In this document: positions 49,785 to 58,527 of the stretch, one piece after another
Numbering within the stretch: the first letter of the stretch is position 1
Layout: each line of letters starts with the position of its first letter
Assembly (NCBI GenBank): GCA_050949565.1
Contig: JBMNFY010000007.1
Span: forward strand, 190,973 to 254,972
Origin: Kiritimatiellia bacterium
GTDB lineage: Bacteria; Verrucomicrobiota; Kiritimatiellia; RFP12; UBA1067
Direction of reading: 5' to 3'
Length of the DNA: 64,000 nt
Made by a program: the position numbers and the translations under genes
Notes under the pieces: generated by a model
Told to the model about the DNA's origin: nothing
Database searches by the model: none
The model's input: the letters and a program-made list of their open reading frames with translations, nothing else

Positions 49785-51263
49785 ATGCTCCTTCTACTCT
49801 TCCACGGGGCGGGGTGTTGTGGCTGGCACGCGATAAAGCCGCTGCCCGACGGCGTGAGCTATCAGGGCGCGCAACTGCCTTGTACCGATGCGCGTTTCCT
49901 CTGTGACGTGACTGGACTCGACGAAAACGGCGCACGAAAAAGCGAACAAGAGATCTTTGACGAAGTGTTTGCAATGATCAACCGCGCTGAACGGATTGTG
50001 GTGATCGACATGTTCCTGTTCAACGCCTTTCTGTGCATGGAACCCAACCCGTATCGTCCGCTGAGCGACGAGCTGACCCAAACACTGATCGCCCGCAAGC
50101 GCGCGGTGCCCGAGTTGCGCGCCGTGCTCATCACTGATCCAGTAAACACGGTCTACGGCGGCATGAAGGCCGCGCACCTGGAGAGCCTCAAGGCGGCCGG
50201 CGTTGAGGTTGTTATGACGCGTCTTTCGCGGCTACGTGACAGCAACACCGCTTGGTCCGTCTTTTGGCGCCTGCTGTTCCATCCCTGGGGCAACAGCCCT
50301 CGTGGGGGATGGACCCCCAACCCGTTCGGTTGTGAACCTGTTACCGTCCGGAGTTGGCTTGCGATTTTGAACCTGAAAGCCAACCACCGTAAAGTGGCCA
50401 TCGCCGATGACGGCACCGAGTTACGCGCACTGATCACCTCTGCCAACCCGCATGACGGCAGCAGCGCGCACACGAATGTCGCGCTCGCCTTCAGCGGCCC
50501 GGCCGCGTACGATCTGCTACGGACCGAGGACGCCGTGCTGGCTTTCACTGACCGCACGCTGCAACCGCTATCGTCCACCGTCAGCAGCAGTAACAACGAC
50601 CAACAGGAGCCCCCGGCCGACATATTCCGTACACGTATCCAAATCCTGACGGAAGAAAAAATCGCCGATGCGGCCGTAGCCATGATCGACGCCGCACAGC
50701 CCGGCGACACTTTGGACCTTGTGATGTTTTATCTGGCTGACCGGCCGGTTGTCCGTGCCCTAAAACGCGCGGCACGGCGTGGAGTTTCGCTGCGCGTCCT
50801 GCTTGATCCAAACAAAGATGCCTTTGGGCGCACCAAGAACGGCATGCCGAACCGCCAGGTAGCACGCGAACTGGTCGCTGTCGGCGTTCCCGTGCGCTGG
50901 GCAGCCACGCACGGTGAACAGATGCATGCCAAACTTTTGCTGGCACGTTACGCCACGGGCATGGGAGACGTGCTACTCGGCTCCGCAAACTTCACACGGC
51001 GCAACTTGCGCGACTTTAACCTCGAGACCAACGCACGACTCACAGGCACCCTCGACACACCTGCCATCAAAGATACCGCCGACTTCGCGGACCGCCTCTG
51101 GACCAACGCCGACAACCGTGTGTTCTCGCTCGATTACGACGCTTTCCGCGACAACACCCACTACCGGACCTGGCTCTACCGCCTGCAGGAAGCCACCGGT
51201 TTTTCCGGTTGGCAACTCCTTATGAACCGGGGTGTACAAACGGTTCGTTGCGCGCGCACATAG
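49785..51263 (+). CDS. Phospholipase D family protein (start uncertain)
   Basis: NHRKVAIAD (HKD), SANPHDGS, HAKLLL, GSANFTRRN..NLE. Confidence 0.85.
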   Translation: MLLLLFHGAGCCGWHAIKPLPDGVSYQGAQLPCTDARFLCDVTGLDENGARKSEQEIFDEVFAMINRAERIVVIDMFLFNAFLCMEPNPYRPLSDELTQTLIARKRAVPELRAVLITDPVNTVYGGMKAAHLESLKAAGVEVVMTRLSRLRDSNTAWSVFWRLLFHPWGNSPRGGWTPNPFGCEPVTVRSWLAILNLKANHRKVAIADDGTELRALITSANPHDGSSAHTNVALAFSGPAAYDLLRTEDAVLAFTDRTLQPLSSTVSSSNNDQQEPPADIFRTRIQILTEEKIADAAVAMIDAAQPGDTLDLVMFYLADRPVVRALKRAARRGVSLRVLLDPNKDAFGRTKNGMPNRQVARELVAVGVPVRWAATHGEQMHAKLLLARYATGMGDVLLGSANFTRRNLRDFNLETNARLTGTLDTPAIKDTADFADRLWTNADNRVFSLDYDAFRDNTHYRTWLYRLQEATGFSGWQLLMNRGVQTVRCART

Positions 51264-51792
51264 GACACGCCGCAGGCTCCCATACCTCGGGCGCCATCTG
51301 CACCAGCGAGAAGGTCGGGTAATCGAAACGCGCCTGCCCGGCACTGCGATCGACCAGCACCAACACGGCTGCCACATCAGCCCCTGCAGCCTTGACGATA
51401 TCGATCGTCTCCTGCACGCGCCCGCCGCGTGTGATGACATCTTCCGCCACCACATAGCGCTGGCCCGGACGCAGCGAGAAGCGCCGCATCACTAAATTCC
51501 CATCCTGCTTCTCGGCAAACACGCTCTGCGTATCAAGCGCACGCGCGATCTCGTGCCCCACCAAGATGCCGCCCAGCGCGGGCGAGATCACGCCGTCGAA
51601 CGTGCTCAGATCCAGATTTGCCTTGACCCGAGCTACCAGCTCTTCGCACAACCGCCCCGCAATGCGCGGGTAACGCAACACATTCGCGCATTGAAAAAAG
51701 CGGTTGCTGTGCAACCCGGAACGCAGTTCAAAATGCCCGCTCAGCAAAGCCCCGATCTCTTCCAGCACCTTCAATACTTCAGCGTCGTTCAT
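51220..51792 (-). CDS. pyrE: Orotate phosphoribosyltransferase
   Basis: GHFELRSGLHS..FFQC, VAEDVITRGG PRPP motif, CPMC..PGS; GAAAGG RBS. Confidence 0.92.
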   Translation of the reverse strand: MNDAEVLKVLEEIGALLSGHFELRSGLHSNRFFQCANVLRYPRIAGRLCEELVARVKANLDLSTFDGVISPALGGILVGHEIARALDTQSVFAEKQDGNLVMRRFSLRPGQRYVVAEDVITRGGRVQETIDIVKAAGADVAAVLVLVDRSAGQARFDYPTFSLVQMAPEVWEPAACPMCARNEPFVHPGS

Positions 51793-51818
51793 CGTCTTAC
51801 CCTTTCTTCTTTCAATCC

Positions 51819-51918
51819 GAGGCTTTTGCAAAACCCCTCGTGGCATGGGCGTCCCGCCCATGAAACACGGGCAAGATGCCCGTGCCACAACTGCAATCAG
51901 GGGGTTTGCAAGAGCCTC
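51819..51918. mobile_element. 100-bp MITE with the IS terminal inverted repeats and an internal REP-like doublet
   Basis: Ends GAGGCTTTTGCAAAACCCCT / AGGGGGTTTGCAAGAGCCTC; flanking direct repeat AATCC; similar along its length to 361-460. Confidence 0.88.
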
Positions 51919-52597
51919 AATCCATGATACGGCCGTCGCGGATCGACACGCACCGTTCCAGACGTTGCGCGCATGTTTCATCATGCGTCACCACGATCAG
52001 CGTCGCACGCTCTTCGCGATTCAACTCCAACAACACACCCATCAACTCCGCGGCATTACGTCGGTCCAGCGCACCGGTCGGTTCATCCGCCAAAATCAGA
52101 CAAGGACGCATCACCAGCGCACGCGCCACCGCAACGCGCTGACGCTCGCCGCCCGAAAGCTGGCCTGGGAAGTGGCTGCATCGGTCAGCCAAGCCCACCC
52201 GCTCCAACAGCGAACGGGCATGTGCGACCCGCTCCTCTGTTTTGTCTGCGCCCCAAGCAGGCACCAACACATTCTCCAGCGCCGTCAACTGCGGCAGCAG
52301 ATGATGCGACTGAAACACAAAGCCCACCTCGCGGTTGCGAAACGTGCATTGCGCACGCTCATCCAAGCCTGCCAAGTCCCGACCGTTGACGCGGATTTCA
52401 CCGCTGTCAGGCCGATCCAGCGCACCGATAAGCTGCAACAGCGTCGTCTTGCCCGATCCCGAAGGGCCAGTTACGGCCAAACTCTCTCCTGCGGCGACCT
52501 GCAACGAAAGTCCCCGCAACACCTCCACCGGCACGCCGCCAGGCATCGTGAATGTTCGCACAACCTCCGTCACCCGCACATCCGCGCCACCGCTCAT
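51917..52597 (-). CDS. ABC transporter ATP-binding protein (LolD/MacB-like)
   Basis: GPSGSGKTT, GFVFQ, LSGGERQRV, LADEPTG, VVTHD. Confidence 0.92.
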   Translation of the reverse strand: MSGGADVRVTEVVRTFTMPGGVPVEVLRGLSLQVAAGESLAVTGPSGSGKTTLLQLIGALDRPDSGEIRVNGRDLAGLDERAQCTFRNREVGFVFQSHHLLPQLTALENVLVPAWGADKTEERVAHARSLLERVGLADRCSHFPGQLSGGERQRVAVARALVMRPCLILADEPTGALDRRNAAELMGVLLELNREERATLIVVTHDETCAQRLERCVSIRDGRIMD

Positions 52598-53757
52598 CGT
52601 CCGCCTCCTTCCACGCACACGAGCGACTGATCGGCCACGCACACAATCGCACCACGCGCACCTATCGTCAAACCGTAGGCATCATCACCGAGGGCGATAC
52701 ACTTCACGGTCCGTTGCTCCGGTGCCACCACACACAACTCGCCCCCGCATAACGCGAAGATGCCGTCATCCGTGGACACCAGTTCGCCCGCCTCAGATGT
52801 ACCGAGCGTCACACGTCCCGTGACCTGCAATGCATCGCCGTCCAACCGACAAAAAACAACCTCGCCCTCCGGCGTGCCGGTGGCGATCTCACCGTCGGAG
52901 GTCATCACCGGCGTAGCAAACGCCTCGCTCTGCGCGACAACCGTCCGCGCCACCAGTTTCAGCGCGACCGGATCAACCGCCACCAAATGTCCTTGGCGCG
53001 TGCCACCGACCAACCGTCCGTCCGGCAACGCCAGCAGGCCGCCCGCCATCTGATCATCCGCCCCGACCTCGATCTTACCACGCGCCGCCCCCGTGGCCGC
53101 ATCAAACAGGTATACCGCACCGTCACAGTTACCATACGCGATCCGCCCCTGCCACATCACCGGTTCGCCATCGCAGCGGTTGGTCGGCTCACCGCTCCAG
53201 ATCACCGTGCCATCGCGCACCCGCAGACAGAAGAGTTGTCCGTCAGCCTGCGACACCAGCCAGACAGCGGGTTCTTCATTGACAACGCCAACACGCGGCG
53301 CGCGCAGAAAAAACCCTTCGGTTGTGCGCGTCCAAACTGTGTGACCGTCTTCGAGTCGCAACGCGATCACATCTCCCTTTCGCGACGCGACGACAACGAT
53401 CCCGTCCGACACCGCGGCAGCCGCTTCAAACACCTGATTGGAAAAAGCCGTGCGCCAGCGTACCGCACCATCGCGCCCCAGCGCCGTCACGCCGCCCGCC
53501 TCATCCGCCACGATCCAGCCCTCCCCCGCCGCGCAAGGCGGTGCTGGTCGGGCAGCAAACGGCACGCGCCACCGAACAGCAATACTGGTGCTCTCGCCCC
53601 TATCACGTTTTGAATCACAACAGCAACAGCACGCCTCCGAAACGGGCGTCGCGGTGCGCGACGGCATCCAGAACGTGACCCACAACGCACACACACAGGC
53701 GGCGGCAAAAAGAAGCGGCAGAAGGAACCGGCGCAATCGGTTAGTGACAGGAGTCAT
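52594..53757 (-). CDS. PQQ-like/BamB-like beta-propeller protein
   Basis: N-terminal TM followed by ACCCCD; repeated A/L-x-D-G-x-V-x-W Trp-docking motifs. Confidence 0.75.
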   Translation of the reverse strand: MTPVTNRLRRFLLPLLFAAACVCALWVTFWMPSRTATPVSEACCCCCDSKRDRGESTSIAVRWRVPFAARPAPPCAAGEGWIVADEAGGVTALGRDGAVRWRTAFSNQVFEAAAAVSDGIVVVASRKGDVIALRLEDGHTVWTRTTEGFFLRAPRVGVVNEEPAVWLVSQADGQLFCLRVRDGTVIWSGEPTNRCDGEPVMWQGRIAYGNCDGAVYLFDAATGAARGKIEVGADDQMAGGLLALPDGRLVGGTRQGHLVAVDPVALKLVARTVVAQSEAFATPVMTSDGEIATGTPEGEVVFCRLDGDALQVTGRVTLGTSEAGELVSTDDGIFALCGGELCVVAPEQRTVKCIALGDDAYGLTIGARGAIVCVADQSLVCVEGGGR

Positions 53758-53791
53758 GCGAGTCGAGTGCGTGTTTTGTGTGTACGCGGTC

Positions 53792-54084
53792 GGGAGCGCG
53801 AGCGTCCTTGCCCGCAGGAAATTGAGCGTTGGGAGTTGAGCGTTGAAAGTTGAAAGTTTTTTAACGCAGAGACGCAGAGGCGCAGAGGTTTTCCACGGTT
53901 CAGCGGCGTAACCGCCGCTGGGCGGGAGGGACGAGCGTCTGCTCGTCCGCGGGCAAGCAGACGCTTGCCCCTCCCGGCGCTCCGCAATGGCCCATGAAAC
54001 TATCCTTCCGCACAGCGGAAGGCGGCTCGTGGGGACACTCGCCCTCCAAATCATGTCAATCAGGTCAGTCATGTCAATCGTGTC
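53792..54084. repeat. Dense mosaic of six repeat types
   Basis: REP-like gggagcgcgagcgtccttgcccgc, 7-mers, 8-mers, GGAGGGACGAGCGTCTGCTCGTCCG doublet, RAYT REP 54023-54048, 9-mers (aatcatgtc)4. Confidence 0.8.
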
Positions 54085-54166
54085 AAAAAATGAAACCTGA
54101 AAACCGGGCACGTTTGCGCATCAGCCGTTTGCACGACACGTTGTTGCGGACGATGACGTCCGCGCT

Positions 54167-54877
54167 TCATGGGGCAAACCTCCACGCAAGGATCACCTGT
54201 CCGCGTGCCTCACCGCGCGCCGCGCTACGTTGCAAGGCTCGTTCCAGCATCGCCGTCGCTTCGCTGGCAGGCGTCAGCAACAGCACATGCACCACCGCAC
54301 CCGCAGCATCGGTTTCAACAAAGAAGCGGCTCTCTCCACTACGCACGGGCAATGGATCGGTTGGCGGCGTGAACGTGAAACCGGCGTCTCGCAAACTCCC
54401 GCTTACGACCGCCACCACGCCGGTACGTGCCTCTGGTAGAGGACGCACGAAGGGGTCTTCGGGAAACGTAGCCGCATCGATTGCTGGTAGCGTCTGTGCC
54501 AACGGTTCGACTGCGGCGGGTTCCCAGACACCGGGATAACGCGCCCCCTGTTCAAGAAAGACTGGCGGACGCTGCTCCTCAATCACGTCGAACACGCCCA
54601 GTTCGATATCGGCGGCAACACCGCCCGGCGGTGTCGACGAGGCACGCATATTGGCCAGTGCCTGCGCGGCCTCTTCCGGTGCCAGTATGACATACGCGGC
54701 GCGCGGTTCGGGGGGCGGTGCAAGCCTACGCGGCTCGAACAGCACGGCGTCGACTGGCAACTGCCACCACAGCATCGTACTCAAGCCAAGCAGCGCGAAT
54801 GCCTGCCACCAGAAACGCACCGGGCGACGCGCCGCGCGCGCCTTGAAACGCTTTCTGTCTTGGTTTTTCCGCTTCAC
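54167..54877 (-). CDS. Proline-rich membrane-anchored protein, possible TonB/TolA-like energy transducer
   Basis: TM helix, Pro-rich linker, C-terminal FFVETDAAGAVVHVLL; directly downstream of exbD. Confidence 0.55.
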   Translation of the reverse strand: MKRKNQDRKRFKARAARRPVRFWWQAFALLGLSTMLWWQLPVDAVLFEPRRLAPPPEPRAAYVILAPEEAAQALANMRASSTPPGGVAADIELGVFDVIEEQRPPVFLEQGARYPGVWEPAAVEPLAQTLPAIDAATFPEDPFVRPLPEARTGVVAVVSGSLRDAGFTFTPPTDPLPVRSGESRFFVETDAAGAVVHVLLLTPASEATAMLERALQRSAARGEARGQVILAWRFAP

Positions 54878-54902
54878 GCCTTCTCTGCTCACCGCAACCG
54901 GC

Positions 54903-55400
54903 TTACTCCGGTTTTTCCGCCACATTGACCTGCCGCATGCCCGCCTCGCGCGCCACATTCACGAAGCGCATCACGTCACCGTGCGGCACGCGCTTATCCG
55001 CAAGCAACAGCAACTCACGGCTGCGCCCCAATGCCATACGGTTCCTGAGCCGTTCGGCGAGCATCGCCATCTGATCCTCATCCTGCGACACATAACGATC
55101 GTCATCGAAAAAAATGAGCGTCTCTTCGTTGCCGGACGTGTCGCGCGGCACCACGATCATAAGCGCGGTCAGCGAACGTCGCGCCCCCTCTCGCAACGGC
55201 GCGCGCGGCAGGTCGAACGCCACGCCTGGAGTGACCACCAATTGGCCATGCACCGCCAGCAGCAACACCACCAAGACCACCGCATTCACCCACGGCACGG
55301 CCCCCAACAGCGTCCGTGCCCAAACACCGCCAAAACGATAGACACTGCGGTGCCTGCGAATCTGTCGGCTCCAACTCTCTTTGCGTTCGGACATCAGCAT
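54903..55400 (-). CDS. exbD: Biopolymer transporter ExbD/TolR family
   Basis: Single TM, GVAFDLP, LLLADKRVPHGDVMRFVN.AREAG...VNVA. Confidence 0.85.
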   Translation of the reverse strand: MLMSERKESWSRQIRRHRSVYRFGGVWARTLLGAVPWVNAVVLVVLLLAVHGQLVVTPGVAFDLPRAPLREGARRSLTALMIVVPRDTSGNEETLIFFDDDRYVSQDEDQMAMLAERLRNRMALGRSRELLLLADKRVPHGDVMRFVNVAREAGMRQVNVAEKPE

Positions 55401-55410
55401 GGCGCAATCC

Positions 55411-56022
55411 TCACGATGTCGGGTGCTCCAGTTTCATAATGTAGGCCACGATTTCGGAGGCGCACGCTTCCATGTCCAGCACAATGCGTTCGATGCGCAC
55501 CATCAGCATCGTGTACATCACATGGCAAGGCACGGCCACCAGCAGACCGGCAACCGTCGCCACCAGCGCTTGCATCAGGCCTGCCGTCAGGTCCGTACTC
55601 TGCACGACCGGCGCCTGCTCATTCATGGTCTGCACGATGCGGATCACCCCCAGCAACGTGCCCAGCAATCCCAGCAACGGCGCGATCTGACAGATGACGG
55701 CGAGCGAAGCCAAGCGCCGTTCCAAGCGCGACATCTCGGCGCGTCCCGTATTGTCCACCGCCTCGCGCAGTGCTTCGTGTGAACTCTGCCTGTGACGAAT
55801 GGCCGTCAGCGTCACAGCCGCCACCGGACCGGGTGTCTCCTCGCAGATCATCATGGCCTCATCAATGTGACCGTTCTCAAGAACGTTGCACACACCTTTG
55901 AGAAAGTCGTTGTAATCGATCTGCGCCCGCCGCAAGTGCAGCAACCGCTCGAAAAACACAATGACCGACGCAATGCCAAGAGCAACGATCAGCAAGAAAA
56001 CCGGCCCGCCTTGTCCCATCAT
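55411..56022 (-). CDS. exbB: MotA/TolQ/ExbB proton channel protein
   Basis: ERLL, IAPLLGLLGTLLG, GLMQALVATVAGLLVAVP. Confidence 0.9.
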   Translation of the reverse strand: MMGQGGPVFLLIVALGIASVIVFFERLLHLRRAQIDYNDFLKGVCNVLENGHIDEAMMICEETPGPVAAVTLTAIRHRQSSHEALREAVDNTGRAEMSRLERRLASLAVICQIAPLLGLLGTLLGVIRIVQTMNEQAPVVQSTDLTAGLMQALVATVAGLLVAVPCHVMYTMLMVRIERIVLDMEACASEIVAYIMKLEHPTS

Positions 56023-56024
56023 AC

Positions 56025-58499
56025 TTACGCGCCTCCCATCCTTTTACCGCGCAGCCGTTCAATACGCTGGCGTGCTTCATCTGCGCCCGGCACGCCTGAC
56101 TGTACCACCCGCTGCAACACGCGAATCGCCTGATCGGGGTGGCCTTTCTGTTCATAGAGTTCCGCGACCGTGAAACCGGAGCGTACGAAGAGACCTGTGC
56201 TACGCTCATCAAACCAAGTGCCACGCGTACGCTCGTTTAAAAACCGGACAATCACTTCGGTATAATACTGGTCGATCGCCTCGTCGATCTGTTTCAATTT
56301 TTCAAGACACCGGCCCGCCTTGAACTGGAGCTGCAACATCAGGGAGGGTGTCAGATTGTCCTGTGCCAGCATCTGCCGATAGGCTGTGAGCGCCTCGCGG
56401 TAACGTGTGCTGTTGCCGGCGCCCATGGCAAAAAGTGCGTCCCCCTTGCGCAGCAGCGCCAGGCGCGCCCACTCGCTCTCCGCTGACTGGGTGATGACCT
56501 GATCGAGCAACAGCACCGCCTCGTCGTAACGTGCCAGTTCCATCAGGGCGTCCGCCTGCACCAGCAGTGCCTCCGGCAGACGCGTGCTCTGCGGATGGGT
56601 GCGCACCAGACGCGTGACCAGTTCGATGGTGCCGGTAAAATCATTCGCGGCGAAAGCCGCGCGCGCGGCCCACACCAGCGCAGCATCGGCCCAGCGGCTC
56701 GTCGGCCAACGGTCGGAGTAGTCGAGAAAGAAACGCCGTGCCTCCGCATAGCGCCCGCGGTTGAAATCAAATTTCCCCAGCCACAGCATCATGTCTGAGA
56801 AGCGCGGAGATTCGGGAAAATCGAGCAGGAATGAGGCGGCGGCCGTCCGTGCCTCTTGATCGCGTCCGAGTCCGTACAAGCAGAGCGTCATCATGAAACG
56901 CGCCTCGTCACGCCGTTCCGGCGCATTCTCAGCTACTGCGGCAAAGTCCTGCATCGCCGCCTCAAAGCGATAAGAACGGTAATGCGCCTTACCGCGCCCC
57001 ATCCAGGCATCCGCACGCACCGGCTGCTGCGTGTACGTATCCAGCACCGATTTATAGGTGCGTACTGCGTCATCAGTGTCGCCCGCCTCCGTCTGCATCG
57101 CCGCCAGACTGAGCAGGGCTTTGGGTGCGACCGCACGATCGGGATAGGTGTCCGCCACCAGCCGGTAGCGCGCACGTGCCTCGCTGTCTAATTTGGCACG
57201 CTGCAATGCGTCGGCACTCTGGTACAGCGCCCGATCGGCCAGTGCGGAATGTGGAAAATCATGCGCCAACGCCGCATAGACCTGCGCGGCCTCCTTGTAG
57301 CGCTCCTCAGCCAGAAGAGCATCACCCTGCTTGAAGAGGCACTCCGCTTTCACGGCCGGATCGCTGACCTGCTGCGCGGCACGCTGAAACGCACCGCCAG
57401 CCTCGGTATAGCGGCCGAGTTTCATCAGCGCCCAACCGCGCCCCTGCAACACATCGGCATCATGCGAGGACGAGGGATAGGTCTCCAGAAAAATGCGGTA
57501 TTCGGCGGCTGCCCGTTCAGCCCGCTGGGCCTGCAAGAGCGCATCGGCCAGTTTGAGATGCGCGCGCATCGAGGCCGGATGATCGGGGAACTCGCGCACC
57601 AACGTCTTCACCAGACTTTCCCCCTCGTCGATCGTGGTAGTCGACCCGCACAGGAGATCGGCCAAATGGAAGCCCGCCAAGCGCCGCGTTTCCGGTGCCT
57701 TAGCGCGTTCATAGGCCGAACAAGCATACGCCACCGCTTCATTGGTCTTGCCGCTGTCAAAAGTGAACACGCTCATCTCGACCAACGCTTGCACGCGCGC
57801 CGTTTCGGTTGCTCGCTCATTCATGGCAAGTTGGTTGAGGATCATCGTCGCTTCGGCACTACGCCCCTGGCGCATCAGAATCCTGCCGCGCAACAATGCG
57901 CCGTCGTAGACAGCATAACCGGCCGCCGCGCCCAACTCCGCCTGCATCTTAAGCACCTCCAGAGCCGCGTCCGCGCGTCCGGCCTGATCCAAGGCCCCCG
58001 CCCACTCCAACGCGTTCTCCGCGCGCGTCTGCACATTGGTCGAGCCGCGATCAACCTCGGCGAAGAGCTTGAGAGCACCCTCCAGATCATCGGCCGCACG
58101 ACGCGCACGCGCTGCCGTGCGCCGCAAGGCATCCGCGTAAGGCGCCCCCGCACTCACCGCCGCTTCCGCCGTGCGTGCCGCGTCAAGCGGCCGGCCGGTA
58201 TGCAGGTACGCCACGGCCCGCCAATAGGCCAAAGCGCCATCGGTCAACGCCTCGCGCGTCGCGGCGTCCACATGCTCCAAGCGCTCCAGTATCTCGGCAT
58301 AGCGGCCCTGACCCCGCAGAGCCTCCAGCAAAATCGGCAAGGCCTGAGCGGACGGCTTGCCCGCCGCCAACGCTTTTTCAGCGTGCGTCTGCGCAAGCGG
58401 ATAGAGCTTGTCGTGCAGGGCCGCGCGCGCCGTGGTCAACTCATCCGCCACTCCCGCACAGCACCAGCCTACAAGCGTTACCGCTACAATCTGTCGCAT
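56025..58499 (-). CDS. Exported multi-TPR protein
   Basis: Signal peptide; many TPR repeats ending Y/FP.S (FPDHP, YPSSS, FPHSA, FPESP, HPQST). Confidence 0.85.
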   Translation of the reverse strand: MRQIVAVTLVGWCCAGVADELTTARAALHDKLYPLAQTHAEKALAAGKPSAQALPILLEALRGQGRYAEILERLEHVDAATREALTDGALAYWRAVAYLHTGRPLDAARTAEAAVSAGAPYADALRRTAARARRAADDLEGALKLFAEVDRGSTNVQTRAENALEWAGALDQAGRADAALEVLKMQAELGAAAGYAVYDGALLRGRILMRQGRSAEATMILNQLAMNERATETARVQALVEMSVFTFDSGKTNEAVAYACSAYERAKAPETRRLAGFHLADLLCGSTTTIDEGESLVKTLVREFPDHPASMRAHLKLADALLQAQRAERAAAEYRIFLETYPSSSHDADVLQGRGWALMKLGRYTEAGGAFQRAAQQVSDPAVKAECLFKQGDALLAEERYKEAAQVYAALAHDFPHSALADRALYQSADALQRAKLDSEARARYRLVADTYPDRAVAPKALLSLAAMQTEAGDTDDAVRTYKSVLDTYTQQPVRADAWMGRGKAHYRSYRFEAAMQDFAAVAENAPERRDEARFMMTLCLYGLGRDQEARTAAASFLLDFPESPRFSDMMLWLGKFDFNRGRYAEARRFFLDYSDRWPTSRWADAALVWAARAAFAANDFTGTIELVTRLVRTHPQSTRLPEALLVQADALMELARYDEAVLLLDQVITQSAESEWARLALLRKGDALFAMGAGNSTRYREALTAYRQMLAQDNLTPSLMLQLQFKAGRCLEKLKQIDEAIDQYYTEVIVRFLNERTRGTWFDERSTGLFVRSGFTVAELYEQKGHPDQAIRVLQRVVQSGVPGADEARQRIERLRGKRMGGA

Positions 58500-58527
58500 G
58501 ATACAAGGCACGTTATTACGATCCTTT

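Noticed and set aside
51793-51984. N-terminal extension of pyrE
   Set aside because: It runs through the MITE; RBS and homology begin at 51792.
53758-54111. 118-aa N-terminal extension of the beta-propeller ORF
   Set aside because: It is translated repeat mosaic; the plausible TM leader starts at 53757.
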